Assembly: GCF_054482525.1 (NCBI RefSeq)
Contig: NZ_CM137006.1
Length of the DNA: 64,000 nucleotides
Strand: one strand, 5' to 3'
Below are positions 16,449 through 27,600 of this stretch, one piece after another. Position numbers and translations under genes: made by a program. The notes under the pieces are model-generated. The model worked only from the letters and a program-made list of their open reading frames with translations. It made no database searches and was not told the DNA's origin. How positions within the stretch are numbered: the first letter of the stretch is position 1; each line of letters opens with the position of its first letter.

Positions 16449-16787
16449 ATGCAGGCAGGAAGATTACGTGATCGTGTGGTTATTCTGAATGCCACCACCG
16501 TTCGGTCTCCGTCAGGGCACCCTGTGGAAACAATGACGGAGGGGGCAACCATATGGGCAGAAGTTAAGGGGATCAGTGGCAGGGAGAGAATATCCGGAGG
16601 CGCAGAAACTGCTCAGGCTACAGTGAGGGTCTGGATGAGATTCCGGCGAGATGTAACAGCAACTTCATGTCTGAAAGTGCTGACTGGTGCATTCAAAGGC
16701 GCGATTCTGAGTATAGACGGTCCGCCGATACCGGATGCTCGTGCCACACGGCTTGAGATACTCTGTTCTCAGAAGGGGAATGTGTGA
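16449..16787 (+). CDS. head-tail adaptor / head closure protein
   Basis: MQAGRLRDRVVI... is a typical start for the SPP1 gp16-like family. Confidence 0.7.
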   Translation: MQAGRLRDRVVILNATTVRSPSGHPVETMTEGATIWAEVKGISGRERISGGAETAQATVRVWMRFRRDVTATSCLKVLTGAFKGAILSIDGPPIPDARATRLEILCSQKGNV

Positions 16788-17233
16788 TGGATTTCAGTCT
16801 TGATTTTTCAGGTCTGGCGGATATTGCACGGGATCTGGAGACGCTCAGCAGGGCAGAAAATAATAAGGTACTGCGCGATGCCACCCGTGCCGGTGCTGAA
16901 GTTATGCGGGATGCAGTTGTTGAACGTGCGCCGGAGCGAACCGGGAAACTGAAGAAAAATGTGGTTGTTCTCACTCAGCGTTCAAAGCGTCGCGGGGAAA
17001 TTATCTCGGGTGTCCACATTCGTGGACGGAACCTGCGAACCGGAAACAGTGATAACAGCATGAAAGCCAGTGATCCCCGAAATGCGTTTTACTGGCGCTT
17101 TGTGGAGCTGGGAACGATAAACATGCCCGCGCATCCGTTCATTCGCCCGGCTTTCGATACGACAGAGGAACTGGCAGCACAGATTGCCATACAGCGAATG
17201 AATCAGGCTATTGATGAGGTCTTAAGTAAATGA
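16784..17233 (+). CDS. HK97 gp10-family tail/neck protein
   Basis: Overlapping start (ATGA). Sequence context matches the gp10 family. Confidence 0.65.
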   Translation: MMDFSLDFSGLADIARDLETLSRAENNKVLRDATRAGAEVMRDAVVERAPERTGKLKKNVVVLTQRSKRRGEIISGVHIRGRNLRTGNSDNSMKASDPRNAFYWRFVELGTINMPAHPFIRPAFDTTEELAAQIAIQRMNQAIDEVLSK

Positions 17234-17574
17234 GAGAGACCACACTGTATTCCCTGCTGTCTCAACTGGCCGGAGGACAGGTTTATCCTTATGTGGTCCC
17301 GCTGACGGAGGGAAAGCCTGCGGTATCTCCGCCATGGCTGGTATTTTCTGTGGTGTCTGACACTGCGTCTGATGTGCTTGATGGTCAGGCTGAATCCAGA
17401 ATTACCGTGCAGATCGATGTCTGGGCAACAGTACCTGATGACGCAGATGATATCCGTGAGCAGGCGCTTGATGCGGTAAGGCAACTTGCACCCTCCGTTA
17501 TTTCTAAAACTCAGGGTTATGATCCTGATTCCCGTCTGAGCAGAGCCACGCTTGAATTTCAGGTAATAGCCTGA
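17230..17574 (+). CDS. tail completion / terminator-like protein (DUF3168-like)
   Basis: Assigned from position and size only. Confidence 0.55.
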   Translation: MRETTLYSLLSQLAGGQVYPYVVPLTEGKPAVSPPWLVFSVVSDTASDVLDGQAESRITVQIDVWATVPDDADDIREQALDAVRQLAPSVISKTQGYDPDSRLSRATLEFQVIA

Positions 17575-17594
17575 GGTCGTTAATGATTTTACCC

Positions 17595-17618
17595 ACCCGC
17601 CGCTGGCGGGTTTTTTAT
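17595..17618 (+). terminator. terminator-like hairpin (CCCGCC-GCT-GGCGGG + T6) just before the major tail gene
   Basis: Read directly. Confidence 0.65.
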
Positions 17619-17633
17619 TTTCAGGAGACGAGT

Positions 17634-18338
17634 ATGTCCTCTAATTTTGAGCGTTCGCAACTGACGAAAATTATGATTTCGTCTGCACCGGTAACAGCAG
17701 AAACCCTGGATTCTGCCAGCTATCTTGGCCTGAGCTGTACAATCAAAGAGGTGCAGTTTACCGCAGGACAAAAGCAGGATATTGATGTCACCACGCTGTG
17801 TTCTGTTGAGCAGGAAAATATTAACGGCCTTGGTGCCGCGTCAGAGATTTCCATGTCAGGCAACTTTTACCTCAATGCTGCCCAGAACGCGTTGCGCAGT
17901 GCCTATGACAATGACACCACGTATGGCTTTAAAGTTATTTTTCCGTCAGGCAACGGATTTACCTTTATGGCAGAGGTGCGTCAGCATACCTGGTCTGCAG
18001 GAACTAATGGTGTTGTGGCTGCAACGTTTTCCCTGCGCCTGAAAGGTAAACCTGTGCTGACGACAGAGCCGCTGAAAGTGAAGGTCGATTTAAACAGCAC
18101 GCTGCAGGTTTCTGCCGGAGCGAAACTCGAAATGGTGGTTGAGGCTGCCGGTGGTGTGCCGCCTTATTCTTATGTCTGGAAGAAAGGTAGTTCTCCTGTT
18201 TCCGGACAGACGGCGGCAACATTCAGTAAGGCATCAGCAGCATCAGGTGATGCCGGTGCGTATACCTGCGAGATTTCTGATTCAGCAAGCCCTGTTAACA
18301 AGGTGACCTCCACTTCCTGCACTGTTACCGTCAGTTAA
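17634..18338 (+). CDS. major tail protein with a C-terminal Ig-like domain
   Basis: The ATG at 17634 follows AGGAGA. The track start at 17583 lies inside the hairpin. The C-terminus PPYSYVWKKGSSPVSGQTAATFSKASAASGDAGAYTCEISD is Ig-like. Confidence 0.8.
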   Translation: MSSNFERSQLTKIMISSAPVTAETLDSASYLGLSCTIKEVQFTAGQKQDIDVTTLCSVEQENINGLGAASEISMSGNFYLNAAQNALRSAYDNDTTYGFKVIFPSGNGFTFMAEVRQHTWSAGTNGVVAATFSLRLKGKPVLTTEPLKVKVDLNSTLQVSAGAKLEMVVEAAGGVPPYSYVWKKGSSPVSGQTAATFSKASAASGDAGAYTCEISDSASPVNKVTSTSCTVTVS

Positions 18339-18724
18339 TGAGGATAGATGTGATGACTAAAAATATCCGCAATCTGGCACTGGCAACGATGTCGGGGTTT
18401 CGCCATAAAACTGTTGATGTGCCTGAATGGGAAGGGGCAACGGTTGTATTACGGGAACCTTCTGCAGAAGCCTGGTTGCGCTGGCAGGAGATCGTTAAAG
18501 CAAAAGATGATGAGACACCGTTATCCGTTGCGGAGCGCGCCCGCCGAAATCTGGAGGCAGATGTTGAACTGTTCATTGATGTTCTGTGTGATACCGGACT
18601 GCAACCTGTATTTTCAGAGGATGATCGTGAACAGGTGATTGCCGTGTATGGCCCGGTGCATGCGCGGCTTCTTCGGCAGTCTCTGGAACTGATCAGTGAT
18701 GCCGGCGAGGTTAAAAAAAAGTAG
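18338..18724 (+). CDS. tail assembly chaperone (gpG analogue)
   Basis: Lies between the major tail and tape measure genes. An alternative start is the ATG at 18353. Confidence 0.7.
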   Translation: MRIDVMTKNIRNLALATMSGFRHKTVDVPEWEGATVVLREPSAEAWLRWQEIVKAKDDETPLSVAERARRNLEADVELFIDVLCDTGLQPVFSEDDREQVIAVYGPVHARLLRQSLELISDAGEVKKK

Positions 18725-19026
18725 AGCTTCCGGGGATGCGTTTTCTGATGATGCTGGCGCTCAGGATGGGGCGCACATTGTCAGAGTTACGCCGGGAAAT
18801 GTCCGCATCAGAAATCATGATGTGGGCAGAATTTGACAGGTTCAGCCCGCTGGGTGACGAGCGGGCTGATATCCGGGCTGCCCAGATAGTTTCTGCGGTT
18901 TACGGTGCGCAGGGTGTCAAAGTCCCACTGAATGATGCGCTTCTTCAGTGGGAACAAGAGCAGACAGAAGGCGTCTCAGATCCATTTGCCGGACTGGAAA
19001 ACGCGCTTTTAATAGTGTCTCAGTGA
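18338..19026 (+). CDS. gpGT-like frameshift fusion chaperone (-1 shift at 18715-18721)
   Basis: The frame of 18736..19026 is -1 relative to G, and no stop intervenes after the heptamer. Confidence 0.6.
18715..18721 (+). promoter_or_regulatory. slippery heptamer A AAA AAG for a programmed -1 frameshift (G to GT)
   Basis: The zero-frame codons are GTT AAA AAA AAG TAG. The -1 frame is open from 18715 into ORF 18736..19026. Confidence 0.7.
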
Positions 19027-19034
19027 GTCAACAT

Positions 19035-19055
19035 AACCGCTTCGGCGGTTTTTTT
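19035..19055 (+). terminator. terminator-like hairpin (AACCGC-TTCG-GCGGTT + T7) before the tape measure gene
   Basis: Read directly. Confidence 0.65.
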
Positions 19056-19065
19056 CGTCCGGAGA

Positions 19066-22000
19066 ATGAGTGTGGCGACATTACGTGAACTGATTATTAA
19101 AATCTCGGCAAATTCCCGGTCATTCCAGTCAGAGATCTCCCGGGCTTCGCGTATGGGGCAGGATTACTACCGTACCATGCAGAACGGAGGCCGGCAGTCC
19201 GCTGCTGCATCCCGTGAAATGCGGCGTGCACTGGCAGAAGTGACGGATCAGATAAATACAGCTAAATCTTCGGCACTGAATATGGCGGGGGCATTTGCCG
19301 GAGCTTTTGCTACCGGTCATCTTATTTCTCTCGCCGATGAGTGGAATTCAGTAAATGCCCGTCTGAAGCAGGCTTCACAGTCCAGTGATGATTTTCAGGT
19401 ATCACAACGTGAATTAATGGCAATCAGCCAGAGAACGGGAACGGCGTTTTCTGATAACGCCAGCCTTTTTGCCCGCTCTGCAGCTTCCATGCGGGAGTAT
19501 GGCTACAGTTCTGAGGAGGTACTGAAAGTCACCGAGGCGATCTCCACGGGCCTGAAATTATCCGGTGCCAGTACAGCAGAAGCCAGTTCGGTGATCACGC
19601 AGTTCAGTCAGGCACTGGCGCAGGGAGTGCTGCGCGGTGAAGAATTTAACGCTGTGAATGAGAACGGCGATCGTGTTATTCGTGCGCTGGCTGCGGGAAT
19701 GGGTGTTGCCCGTAAGGATCTGAAGGCCATGGCGGATAACGGAAAACTGACCGCCGATAAGGTTGTTCCTGCACTGATTAGTCAGCTTGGGGCGTTGCGT
19801 GATGAATATGCAGCAATGCCTGATACTGTTTCATCCTCTGCAACCAAAGTTGAAAACGCCTTTATGGCCTGGGTTGGTGGTGCGAACGAGGCAAGCGGAG
19901 TGACAAAGACACTCACCGGGGTGTTGAATGGTGTTGCAGACAATATTGATACCGTGGCTGCTGCAGCTGGCGCACTGGTTGCCGTCGGGGTAGCCCGATA
20001 TTTTGGCAATATGGCGTCGTCTGCTGGATCTGCAACTGCCGGATTAATTACTGCATCCAGAAACGAAGTGGCTCTTGCTGAAGCGCAACTTCGGGGGACA
20101 CAGATAGCAACCGCCAGGGCGCGTGCGGCGGTTTATCGTGCGCAACAGGCGGTTGTTGCTGCTCGCGGTACCGAAAGGCAGGCCGCAGCAGAAGCGAAGC
20201 TGACAGCTGCCCAGGCGTCACTTACCCGTAATATTGCGGCCAGAACAGCGGCACAGACAACGCTGAATACTGTCACGTCAGTGGGGAGTCGTCTGTTAAG
20301 TGGTGCGCTGGGGTTGGTTGGTGGTGTGCCGGGACTCGTCATGCTGGGGGCGACGGCCTGGTACACGATGTATCAGAATCAGGAGCAGGCCAGAGAATCT
20401 GCACGCCAGTATGCCGCAACAATCGACGAAATTCGCCAGAAAACGTCGGCAATGTCGCTTCCTGAAGCGTCAGATAATGAGGAAAAGACGCGGCAGGCAC
20501 TTGATGAGCAAAACAGGTTAATTGACGAGCAGAAAAGTAAGATTAAATCCTTACAGGAAAAAATTGCTGGCTATCAGTATGTGCTGGCAAACCCGGGCTG
20601 GACAACCGATAACGGTTTTATGATTAACCACATGACGTCGGTAAAAACTGTCACAGAAGGGCTTGCAGAAGCAACAAATCAACTGGCAGTTGAACAGTCC
20701 CGTCTCACACAAATGCAGGGCAAAGCGCAATCCATTCAGGATGTGCTTGCCGGGCTGGAGGAGCGACGGGTGGCGTTGATCCGTCAACAGGCCGCGGAAC
20801 AAAACAAAGCGTATCAGTCCCTGTTGATCATGAATGGGCAGCATACCGAGTTTAATCGCCTTCTCGGGCTCGGTAATGAATTACTTCAGCAGCGACAGGG
20901 GCTGGTGAATGTACCGTTACGGCTACCACAGGCAACCCTGGATGATAAACAGCAGACCGCACTGAATAACAGCGAGCGCGAACTGGCTCTGTCCCGCCTG
21001 AAGGGGGAAGCCCGTGAGCGTGCCCGCCTGGGTTATGCTGCGGATGATCTCGGCTTTGTGGGAGAGGCGTATCAGACAGCCAGACAGAATTATATCAATA
21101 CCTCACTGGATGCCTGGCGAAATAACCAGGTAAATAAACCCAAAGCGCATAAAAAGACCGAAGCGGAAAAAACAGAAGATATTTATAAACGGCTGATTAA
21201 ACAGCAAAAAGAACAAATAGCACTGGCAGGGCAGAATACTGAACTGGCTAAGATGAAATATCAGGTCAGTCAGGGCGAATTATCAACCCTGTCAGAAGCG
21301 CAGAAAAAAACGCTTTTGCAGAATGCAGCACTTATCGACCAGAAAAAGATTCGTGAGCAGCTTGCTGCGTATGAGAGCAGTCTGGCGGACAGTAATGCCA
21401 GTGCCCGGGCATCTGACGAAGCGCAGTTGTTGGGATATGGTGAAGGCTCACGGATGCGTGAACGACTCCAGGAAATGTGGAGTATCCGGCAGGCGTTTGA
21501 GCAGAAAAATAACGAGCTACTGAGACAGTATCAGGCCGGAGAAATTGAAGAAGCCCTGTGGAAACAGGAAAAATCGCTGAATGAAAAATATCTGGAAGAG
21601 CGTCTCAGCGATCAGCAGGATTATTATGCAAAGGCTGATGCTTTACGCAGTGACTGGAATGCCGGCCTCCAGGAGGGACTGACGAACTGGGCAGACAGTG
21701 CCACCGATTATGCTTCGCAGGCGGCAGATGCTGTCGTTTCCACTATGGACGGGCTGGTATCAAATATTTCCGATGCACTGGCCGGAAATGTTGTGGACTG
21801 GCGAAACTGGGGGAGTTCAATTCTCCAGGAAGTTTCAAAAATTCTGATGAACGCTGCCATCGTTAACGGGCTGAAGTCACTTTCCAAAAGCATGTCCGGT
21901 GCCGGAGGATGGCTTGGTACGGTCGGCGACTGGCTTTCCGGTGCAGTGGCAAACGCAAAAGGTGGTGTTTATACATCTGCAAATCTGAGTGCTTACAGTA

Positions 22001-22311
22001 ACACCATTGTGGATACCCCGACGTATTTTGCTTTTGCGAAAGGTGCCGGGCTGATGGGCGAGGCCGGGCCTGAAGCTATCATGCCACTGACCCGGGCAGC
22101 GGACGGCTCTCTTGGAGTCAGAGCCATTGGCAATGTGAATGGTGGCGGGGGATTTGTTTATTCTCCCGTGTATCACATCAGTATTCAGAATAAAGGGAGC
22201 AATGGCGAGATAGATACGCAGTCAGCCAGGGGGCTGGTGGATCTGATCGACAGCAGGGTTGTGTCAATTATGCAGTCATCACGTCGGGACGGAGGATTAT
22301 ACAGTGCCTGA
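19066..22311 (+). CDS. tail tape measure protein
   Basis: 1081 aa, Ala/Gln-rich and coiled-coil, in the canonical position. Confidence 0.9.
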   Translation: MSVATLRELIIKISANSRSFQSEISRASRMGQDYYRTMQNGGRQSAAASREMRRALAEVTDQINTAKSSALNMAGAFAGAFATGHLISLADEWNSVNARLKQASQSSDDFQVSQRELMAISQRTGTAFSDNASLFARSAASMREYGYSSEEVLKVTEAISTGLKLSGASTAEASSVITQFSQALAQGVLRGEEFNAVNENGDRVIRALAAGMGVARKDLKAMADNGKLTADKVVPALISQLGALRDEYAAMPDTVSSSATKVENAFMAWVGGANEASGVTKTLTGVLNGVADNIDTVAAAAGALVAVGVARYFGNMASSAGSATAGLITASRNEVALAEAQLRGTQIATARARAAVYRAQQAVVAARGTERQAAAEAKLTAAQASLTRNIAARTAAQTTLNTVTSVGSRLLSGALGLVGGVPGLVMLGATAWYTMYQNQEQARESARQYAATIDEIRQKTSAMSLPEASDNEEKTRQALDEQNRLIDEQKSKIKSLQEKIAGYQYVLANPGWTTDNGFMINHMTSVKTVTEGLAEATNQLAVEQSRLTQMQGKAQSIQDVLAGLEERRVALIRQQAAEQNKAYQSLLIMNGQHTEFNRLLGLGNELLQQRQGLVNVPLRLPQATLDDKQQTALNNSERELALSRLKGEARERARLGYAADDLGFVGEAYQTARQNYINTSLDAWRNNQVNKPKAHKKTEAEKTEDIYKRLIKQQKEQIALAGQNTELAKMKYQVSQGELSTLSEAQKKTLLQNAALIDQKKIREQLAAYESSLADSNASARASDEAQLLGYGEGSRMRERLQEMWSIRQAFEQKNNELLRQYQAGEIEEALWKQEKSLNEKYLEERLSDQQDYYAKADALRSDWNAGLQEGLTNWADSATDYASQAADAVVSTMDGLVSNISDALAGNVVDWRNWGSSILQEVSKILMNAAIVNGLKSLSKSMSGAGGWLGTVGDWLSGAVANAKGGVYTSANLSAYSNTIVDTPTYFAFAKGAGLMGEAGPEAIMPLTRAADGSLGVRAIGNVNGGGGFVYSPVYHISIQNKGSNGEIDTQSARGLVDLIDSRVVSIMQSSRRDGGLYSA

Positions 22312-22645
22312 GCCTGAAGTTTTTAACTGGATCCCCCGCGAGGGGATGGAGACGACACGAAAGCCATCTGTTATTACGGTAAAGTTCGGTGACGGATATG
22401 AACAGCGGCGGGCTGGTGGTCTGAATGCGGATCTGAAAACGTTTAAACCGGTGTTTCGTGTCACAGATGAATATTCCCGTGCTGCGCTGGACAGTTTTTT
22501 ATCCCGTCATGCCGGGATACGTGCTTTTTTGTGGCGTCCGCCAAAACACAACAGAACCGTCCGGGTTGTCTGCAGGGAGTGGAGTATTTCGGATAATGCC
22601 ATGTATACCGATTTTAACTGTACCTTTGAAGAGGTCACTCACTGA
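22304..22645 (+). CDS. M: minor tail protein M
   Basis: The GTG at 22304 overlaps the tape measure stop. VKFGDGYEQRRAGGLNADLKT matches lambda gpM. Confidence 0.8.
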   Translation: MPEPEVFNWIPREGMETTRKPSVITVKFGDGYEQRRAGGLNADLKTFKPVFRVTDEYSRAALDSFLSRHAGIRAFLWRPPKHNRTVRVVCREWSISDNAMYTDFNCTFEEVTH

Positions 22646-23343
22646 TGCAGGATATACAGCAGGAAACACTGAATGAGTGTACAAAAGCGGAGCAATCCGC
22701 GCTGGTCGTGCTCTGGGAAGTCGATCTGACAGAAGTCGGCGGAGAGCGTTATTTTTTCTGTAATGAGCAGAACGAAAAAGGTGAGTCAGTCACCTGGCAG
22801 GGGCGACAGTATCAGGCGTACCCTATTCAGGGAAGCGGCTTTGAGATGAACGGCAAAGGAGCCAGTGCAAGACCAACGCTGAAAGTCTCTAACCTGCACG
22901 GCATGGTCACCGGGATGGCGGAAGACCTGCAAAGTCTGGTCGGCGGAACGGTGGTCAGGCGTAAGGTTTACGCCCGTTTTCTGGATGCGGTGAACTTCGT
23001 CAACGGAAACAGTGACGCCGATCCGGAGCAGGAGGTGATCAGCCGCTGGCGCATCGAGCAGTGCAGCGAACTGAGCGCGGTCAGTGCCTCCTTTGTGTTG
23101 TCCACACCGACGGAAACGGATGGTGCCGTTTTTCCGGGGCGCACCATGCTGGCCAACACCTGCACCTGGACCTATCGCGGTGATGAGTGCGGTTATAATG
23201 GTCCGGCTGTCGCGGATGAATATGACCAGCCGACGTCCGATATCACGAAGGATAAATGTAGCAAATGCCTGAGTGGCTGTAAGTTTCGCAATAACGTCGG
23301 CAACTTTGGCGGCTTCCTTTCCATTAACAAACTTTCGCAGTAA
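22645..23343 (+). CDS. L: minor tail protein L
   Basis: Lambda gpL-like, with the C-terminal Cys cluster CTWTYRGDECGY...CSKCLSGC. Confidence 0.85.
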   Translation: MQDIQQETLNECTKAEQSALVVLWEVDLTEVGGERYFFCNEQNEKGESVTWQGRQYQAYPIQGSGFEMNGKGASARPTLKVSNLHGMVTGMAEDLQSLVGGTVVRRKVYARFLDAVNFVNGNSDADPEQEVISRWRIEQCSELSAVSASFVLSTPTETDGAVFPGRTMLANTCTWTYRGDECGYNGPAVADEYDQPTSDITKDKCSKCLSGCKFRNNVGNFGGFLSINKLSQ

Positions 23344-23348
23344 ATCCC

Positions 23349-24092
23349 ATGACAGAGACAGAATCAGCGATTCTGGCGCACGCCCGGCGATGTGCGCCAG
23401 CGGAGTCGTGCGGCTTCGTGGTGAGAACGCCGGAGGGGGAAAGATATTTTCCCTGCGTGAATATCTCCGGTGAGCCGGAGGAGTATTTCCGGATGTCGCC
23501 GGAGGACTGGCTGCAGGCAGAGATGCAGGGTGAGATTGTGGCGCTGGTCCACAGCCATCCCGGTGGTCTGTCCTGGCTGAGTGAAGCCGACCGGCGGCTG
23601 CAGGTGCAGAGTGATTTACCGTGGTGGCTGGTCTGCCGCGGGGAGATTCATAAATTCCGCTGTGTGCCGTATCTCACCGGGCGGCGCTTTGAGCACGGGG
23701 TGACGGACTGTTACACGCTGTTCCGGGACGCTTACCATCTGGCGGGGATTGAGATGCCGGATTTTCACCGCGAGGATGACTGGTGGCGTAACGGCCAGAA
23801 TCTCTATCTGGATAATCTGGAGGCCACAGGGCTGTATCAGGTGCCGTTGTCATCGGCCCAGCCGGGCGATGTGCTGCTGTGCTGTTTTGGTTCATCGGTG
23901 CCGAATCATGCCGCCATTTACTGCGGCGACGGCGAGCTGTTGCACCATATTCCTGAACAACTGAGCAAACGAGAGAGGTATACCGACAAATGGCAGCGAC
24001 GCACACACTCCCTCTGGCGTCACCAGGCATGGCACGCATCTGCCTTTACGGGGATTTGCAACGATTTGGCCGCCGCATCGACCTTCGTGTGA
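23349..24092 (+). CDS. K: tail assembly protein K (MPN/JAB + NlpC/P60 domains)
   Basis: Contains ALVHSHPGG (JAB motif) and GVTDCYTLFRD (NlpC/P60 Cys). Confidence 0.85.
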   Translation: MTETESAILAHARRCAPAESCGFVVRTPEGERYFPCVNISGEPEEYFRMSPEDWLQAEMQGEIVALVHSHPGGLSWLSEADRRLQVQSDLPWWLVCRGEIHKFRCVPYLTGRRFEHGVTDCYTLFRDAYHLAGIEMPDFHREDDWWRNGQNLYLDNLEATGLYQVPLSSAQPGDVLLCCFGSSVPNHAAIYCGDGELLHHIPEQLSKRERYTDKWQRRTHSLWRHQAWHASAFTGICNDLAAASTFV

Positions 24093-24637
24093 AAACGGGG
24101 GCTGAAGCCATCCGGGCGCTGTCCACACAGGTCCCGGCGTTTCGTCAGAAACTGAATGACGGCTGGTATCAGGTGCGCATTGCCGGGCGTGATGCAGGTG
24201 AAACCGAATTATCTGCCCGTCTTAATGAGCCGCTGGCAAATGGTGCAGTGATCCACATCGTGCCGCGTCTGGCGGGAGCCAAAAGTGGCGGTGTTTTTCA
24301 GGCGGTGCTGGGTGCGGCGCTGATTGCGGTGGCGTGGTGGAACCCCGCAGGCTGGCTGGGTGCCGCGGCTTTATCGGGCATGTATGCGGCTGGGGCCAGT
24401 ATGATCCTGGGTGGTGTGGCGCAGATGCTGGCACCGAAAGCCCGGACGCCCACGGCAGCCAGTACAGATAACGGCAAACAGAACACGTATTTCTCGTCAC
24501 TGGATAACATGGTTGCCCAGGGCAATGTTCTGCCCGTTCTGTACGGTGAAATGCGTGTGGGGTCGCGAGTGGTATCTCAGGAGATCAGCACGGCAGATGA
24601 AGGTGATGGTGGTCAGGTTGTGGTGATTGGTCGCTGA
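23990..24637 (+). CDS. I: tail assembly protein I
   Basis: The N-terminus MAATHTLPLASPGMARICLYGDLQRFG and the C-terminus ...ADEGDGGQVVVIGR match lambda gpI as recalled. Confidence 0.85.
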   Translation: MAATHTLPLASPGMARICLYGDLQRFGRRIDLRVKTGAEAIRALSTQVPAFRQKLNDGWYQVRIAGRDAGETELSARLNEPLANGAVIHIVPRLAGAKSGGVFQAVLGAALIAVAWWNPAGWLGAAALSGMYAAGASMILGGVAQMLAPKARTPTAASTDNGKQNTYFSSLDNMVAQGNVLPVLYGEMRVGSRVVSQEISTADEGDGGQVVVIGR

Positions 24638-24656
24638 TGCAAAATGTTTTATGTGA

Positions 24657-24683
24657 AACCGCCTGCGGGCGGTTTTGTCGTTT
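24657..24683 (+). terminator. terminator-like hairpin (AACCGCC-TGCG-GGCGGTT + TTGTCGTTT) before J
   Basis: Read directly. Confidence 0.6.
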
Positions 24684-24697
24684 ATGGAGCGTGAAGA

Positions 24698-27600
24698 ATG
24701 GGTAAAGGCAGCAGTAAGGGGCATACCCCGCGCGAAGCGAAGGACAACCTGAAGTCCACGCAGTTGCTGAGTGTGATCGATGCCATCAGCGAAGGGCCGA
24801 TTGACGGTCCGGTGGATGGATTAAAAAGCGTGCTGCTGAACAGTACGCCAGTGCTGGACACTGAGGGGAATACCAACATCTCCGGCGTCACGGTGGTGTT
24901 CCGGGCAGGTGAGCAGGAGCAGACTCCGCCGGAGGGGTTTGAATCCTCCGGCTCCGAGACGGTGCTCGGTACAGAAGTGAAATATGACACGCCGATCACC
25001 CGGACCATCACGTCGGCAAACATTGACCGTCTGCGTTTTACTTTCGGCGTGCAGACACTGGTGGAAACCACCTCAAAGGGGGACAGGAATCCGTCGGAAG
25101 TCCGCCTGCTGGTTCAGATACAGCGTAACGGTGGCTGGGTGACGGAAAAAGACATCACCATTAAGGGCAAAACCACCTCGCAGTATCTGGCCTCGGTGGT
25201 GGTGGGTAACCTGCCGCCGCGCCCGTTTAATATCCGGATGCGCAGGATGACGCCGGACAGCACCACAGACCAGCTGCAGAACAAAACGCTCTGGTCGTCA
25301 TACACCGAAATCATCGATGTGAAACAGTGCTACCCGAACACGGCACTGGTCGGCGTGCAGGTGGACTCGGAACAGTTCGGCAGTCAGCAGGTGAGCCGTA
25401 ATTATCATCTTCGCGGGCGCATTCTGCAGGTGCCGTCGAACTATAACCCGCAGACGCGGCAATACAGCGGTATCTGGGACGGAACGTTTAAGCCAGCATA
25501 CAGCAACAACATGGCCTGGTGTCTGTGGGATATGCTGACCCATCCGCGCTACGGCATGGGGAAGCGTCTCGGTGCGGCGGATGTGGACAAATGGGCGCTG
25601 TATGTCATCGGCCAGAATTGCGACCAGTCGGTGCCGGATGGCTTTGGTGGCACGGAGCCGCGCATCACCTGTAATGCCTGGCTGACCACACAGCGTAAGG
25701 CGTGGGATGTTCTCAGTGATTTCTGCTCGGCGATGCGCTGTATGCCGGTATGGAACGGGCAGACGCTGACGTTCGTGCAGGACCGACCATCAGATAAGGT
25801 GTGGACCTATAACCGCAGTAATGTGGTGATGCCGGATGATGGCGCGCCGTTCCGCTACAGCTTCAGCGCCCTGAAGGACCGCCATAATGCCGTTGAGGTG
25901 AACTGGATTGACCCGAACAACGGCTGGGAGACGGCGACAGAGCTTGTTGAAGATACGCAGGCCATTGCCCGTTACGGTCGTAACGTCACGAAGATGGATG
26001 CCTTTGGCTGTACCAGCCGGGGGCAGGCACACCGCGCCGGGCTGTGGCTGATTAAAACGGAACTGCTGGAAACGCAGACCGTGGACTTCAGCGTGGGCGC
26101 AGAAGGGCTTCGCCATGTACCGGGCGATGTCATTGAAATCTGTGATGATGACTATGCCGGTATCAGCACCGGTGGTCGTGTGCTGGCGGTGAACAGCCAG
26201 ACCCGGACGCTGACGCTCGACCGTGAAATCACGCTGCCATCCTCCGGTACCACGCTGATAAGCCTGGTTGACGGAAGTGGCAATCCGGTCAGCGTGGAGG
26301 TTCAGTCCGTCACCGACGGCGTGAAGGTAAAAGTGAGCCGTGTTCCTGACGGTGTTGCTGAATACAGCGTATGGGGGCTGAAGCTGCCGACGCTGCGCCA
26401 GCGCCTGTTCCGCTGTGTGAGTATCCGGGAGAACGATGACGGTACGTATGCCATCACCGCCGTGCAGCATGTACCGGAAAAAGAAGCCATCGTGGATAAC
26501 GGGGCGCACTTTGACGGCGACCAGAGCGGCACGGTGAATGGTGTCACGCCGCCAGCGGTGCAGCACCTGACCGCCGAAGTCACCGCAGACAGCGGGGAAT
26601 ATCAGGTGCTGGCGCGATGGGACACGCCGAAGGTGGTGAAGGGCGTGAGCTTCCTGCTTCGCCTTACCGTGGCAGCGGACGACGGCAGTGAGCGGCTGGT
26701 CAGCATGGCCCGGACGACGGAAACCACATACCGCTTCAGGCAACTGGCGCTGGGGCGTTACACGCTGACGGTCCGGGCGGTAAATGCGTGGGGGCAGCAG
26801 GGCGATCCGGCATCGGTATCGTTCCGGATTGCGGCACCGGCAGCGCCTGTCACTATTGAACTGATACCAGGGTATTTTCAGATAACAGCGGTCCCGAAAC
26901 TGGCTGTATATGACCCGACGGTGCAGTTTGAGTTCTGGTTCTCGGAAACGCGGATTACCGATATCAGGCAGGTTGAAACCACAGCCCGCTACCTTGGCAC
27001 GGGGCTGTACTGGATAGCCGCCAGTATCAATATCAAACCGGGCCATGATTATTACTTTTATATCCGCAGTGTGAACACCGTTGGCAAATCGGCATTCGTG
27101 GAGTCCGTCGGTCGGGCGAGCGATGATGCGGAAGGTTACCTGGATTTTTTCAAAGGCAAGATAACCGAATCCCATCTCGGCAAGGAGCTGCTGGAAAAAG
27201 TCGATCTGACGGAGGATAACGCCAGCAGACTGGATGAGTTTTCGAAAGAGTGGAAGGATGCCAACGATAAATGGAATGCCATGTGGGCTGTCAAAATTGA
27301 GCAGACCAAAGACGGCAAACATTATGTCGCGGGTATTGGCCTCAGTATGGAGGACACGGAGGAAGGCAAACTGAGCCAGTTTCTGGTTGCCGCTAACCGT
27401 ATCGCGTTTATTGACCCGGCAAACGGGAATGAAACGCCGATGTTTGTGGCGCAGGGCAATCAGATATTCATGAACGACGTGTTCCTGAAACGCCTGACGG
27501 CCCCCACCATTACCAGTGGTGGAAATCCACCGGCATTTTCCCTGACACCGGATGGGCGGCTGACGGCGAAAAATGCCGATATCAGCGGTAACGTGAATGC

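Noticed and set aside
25790-27322. 510-aa ORF on the minus strand, antisense to the tail gene J
   Set aside because: It lies entirely inside the well-supported J coding region. Its sequence is Arg/His/Pro-rich and low-complexity, typical of a stop-free antisense frame in GC-rich codon-biased genes. It has no start context.
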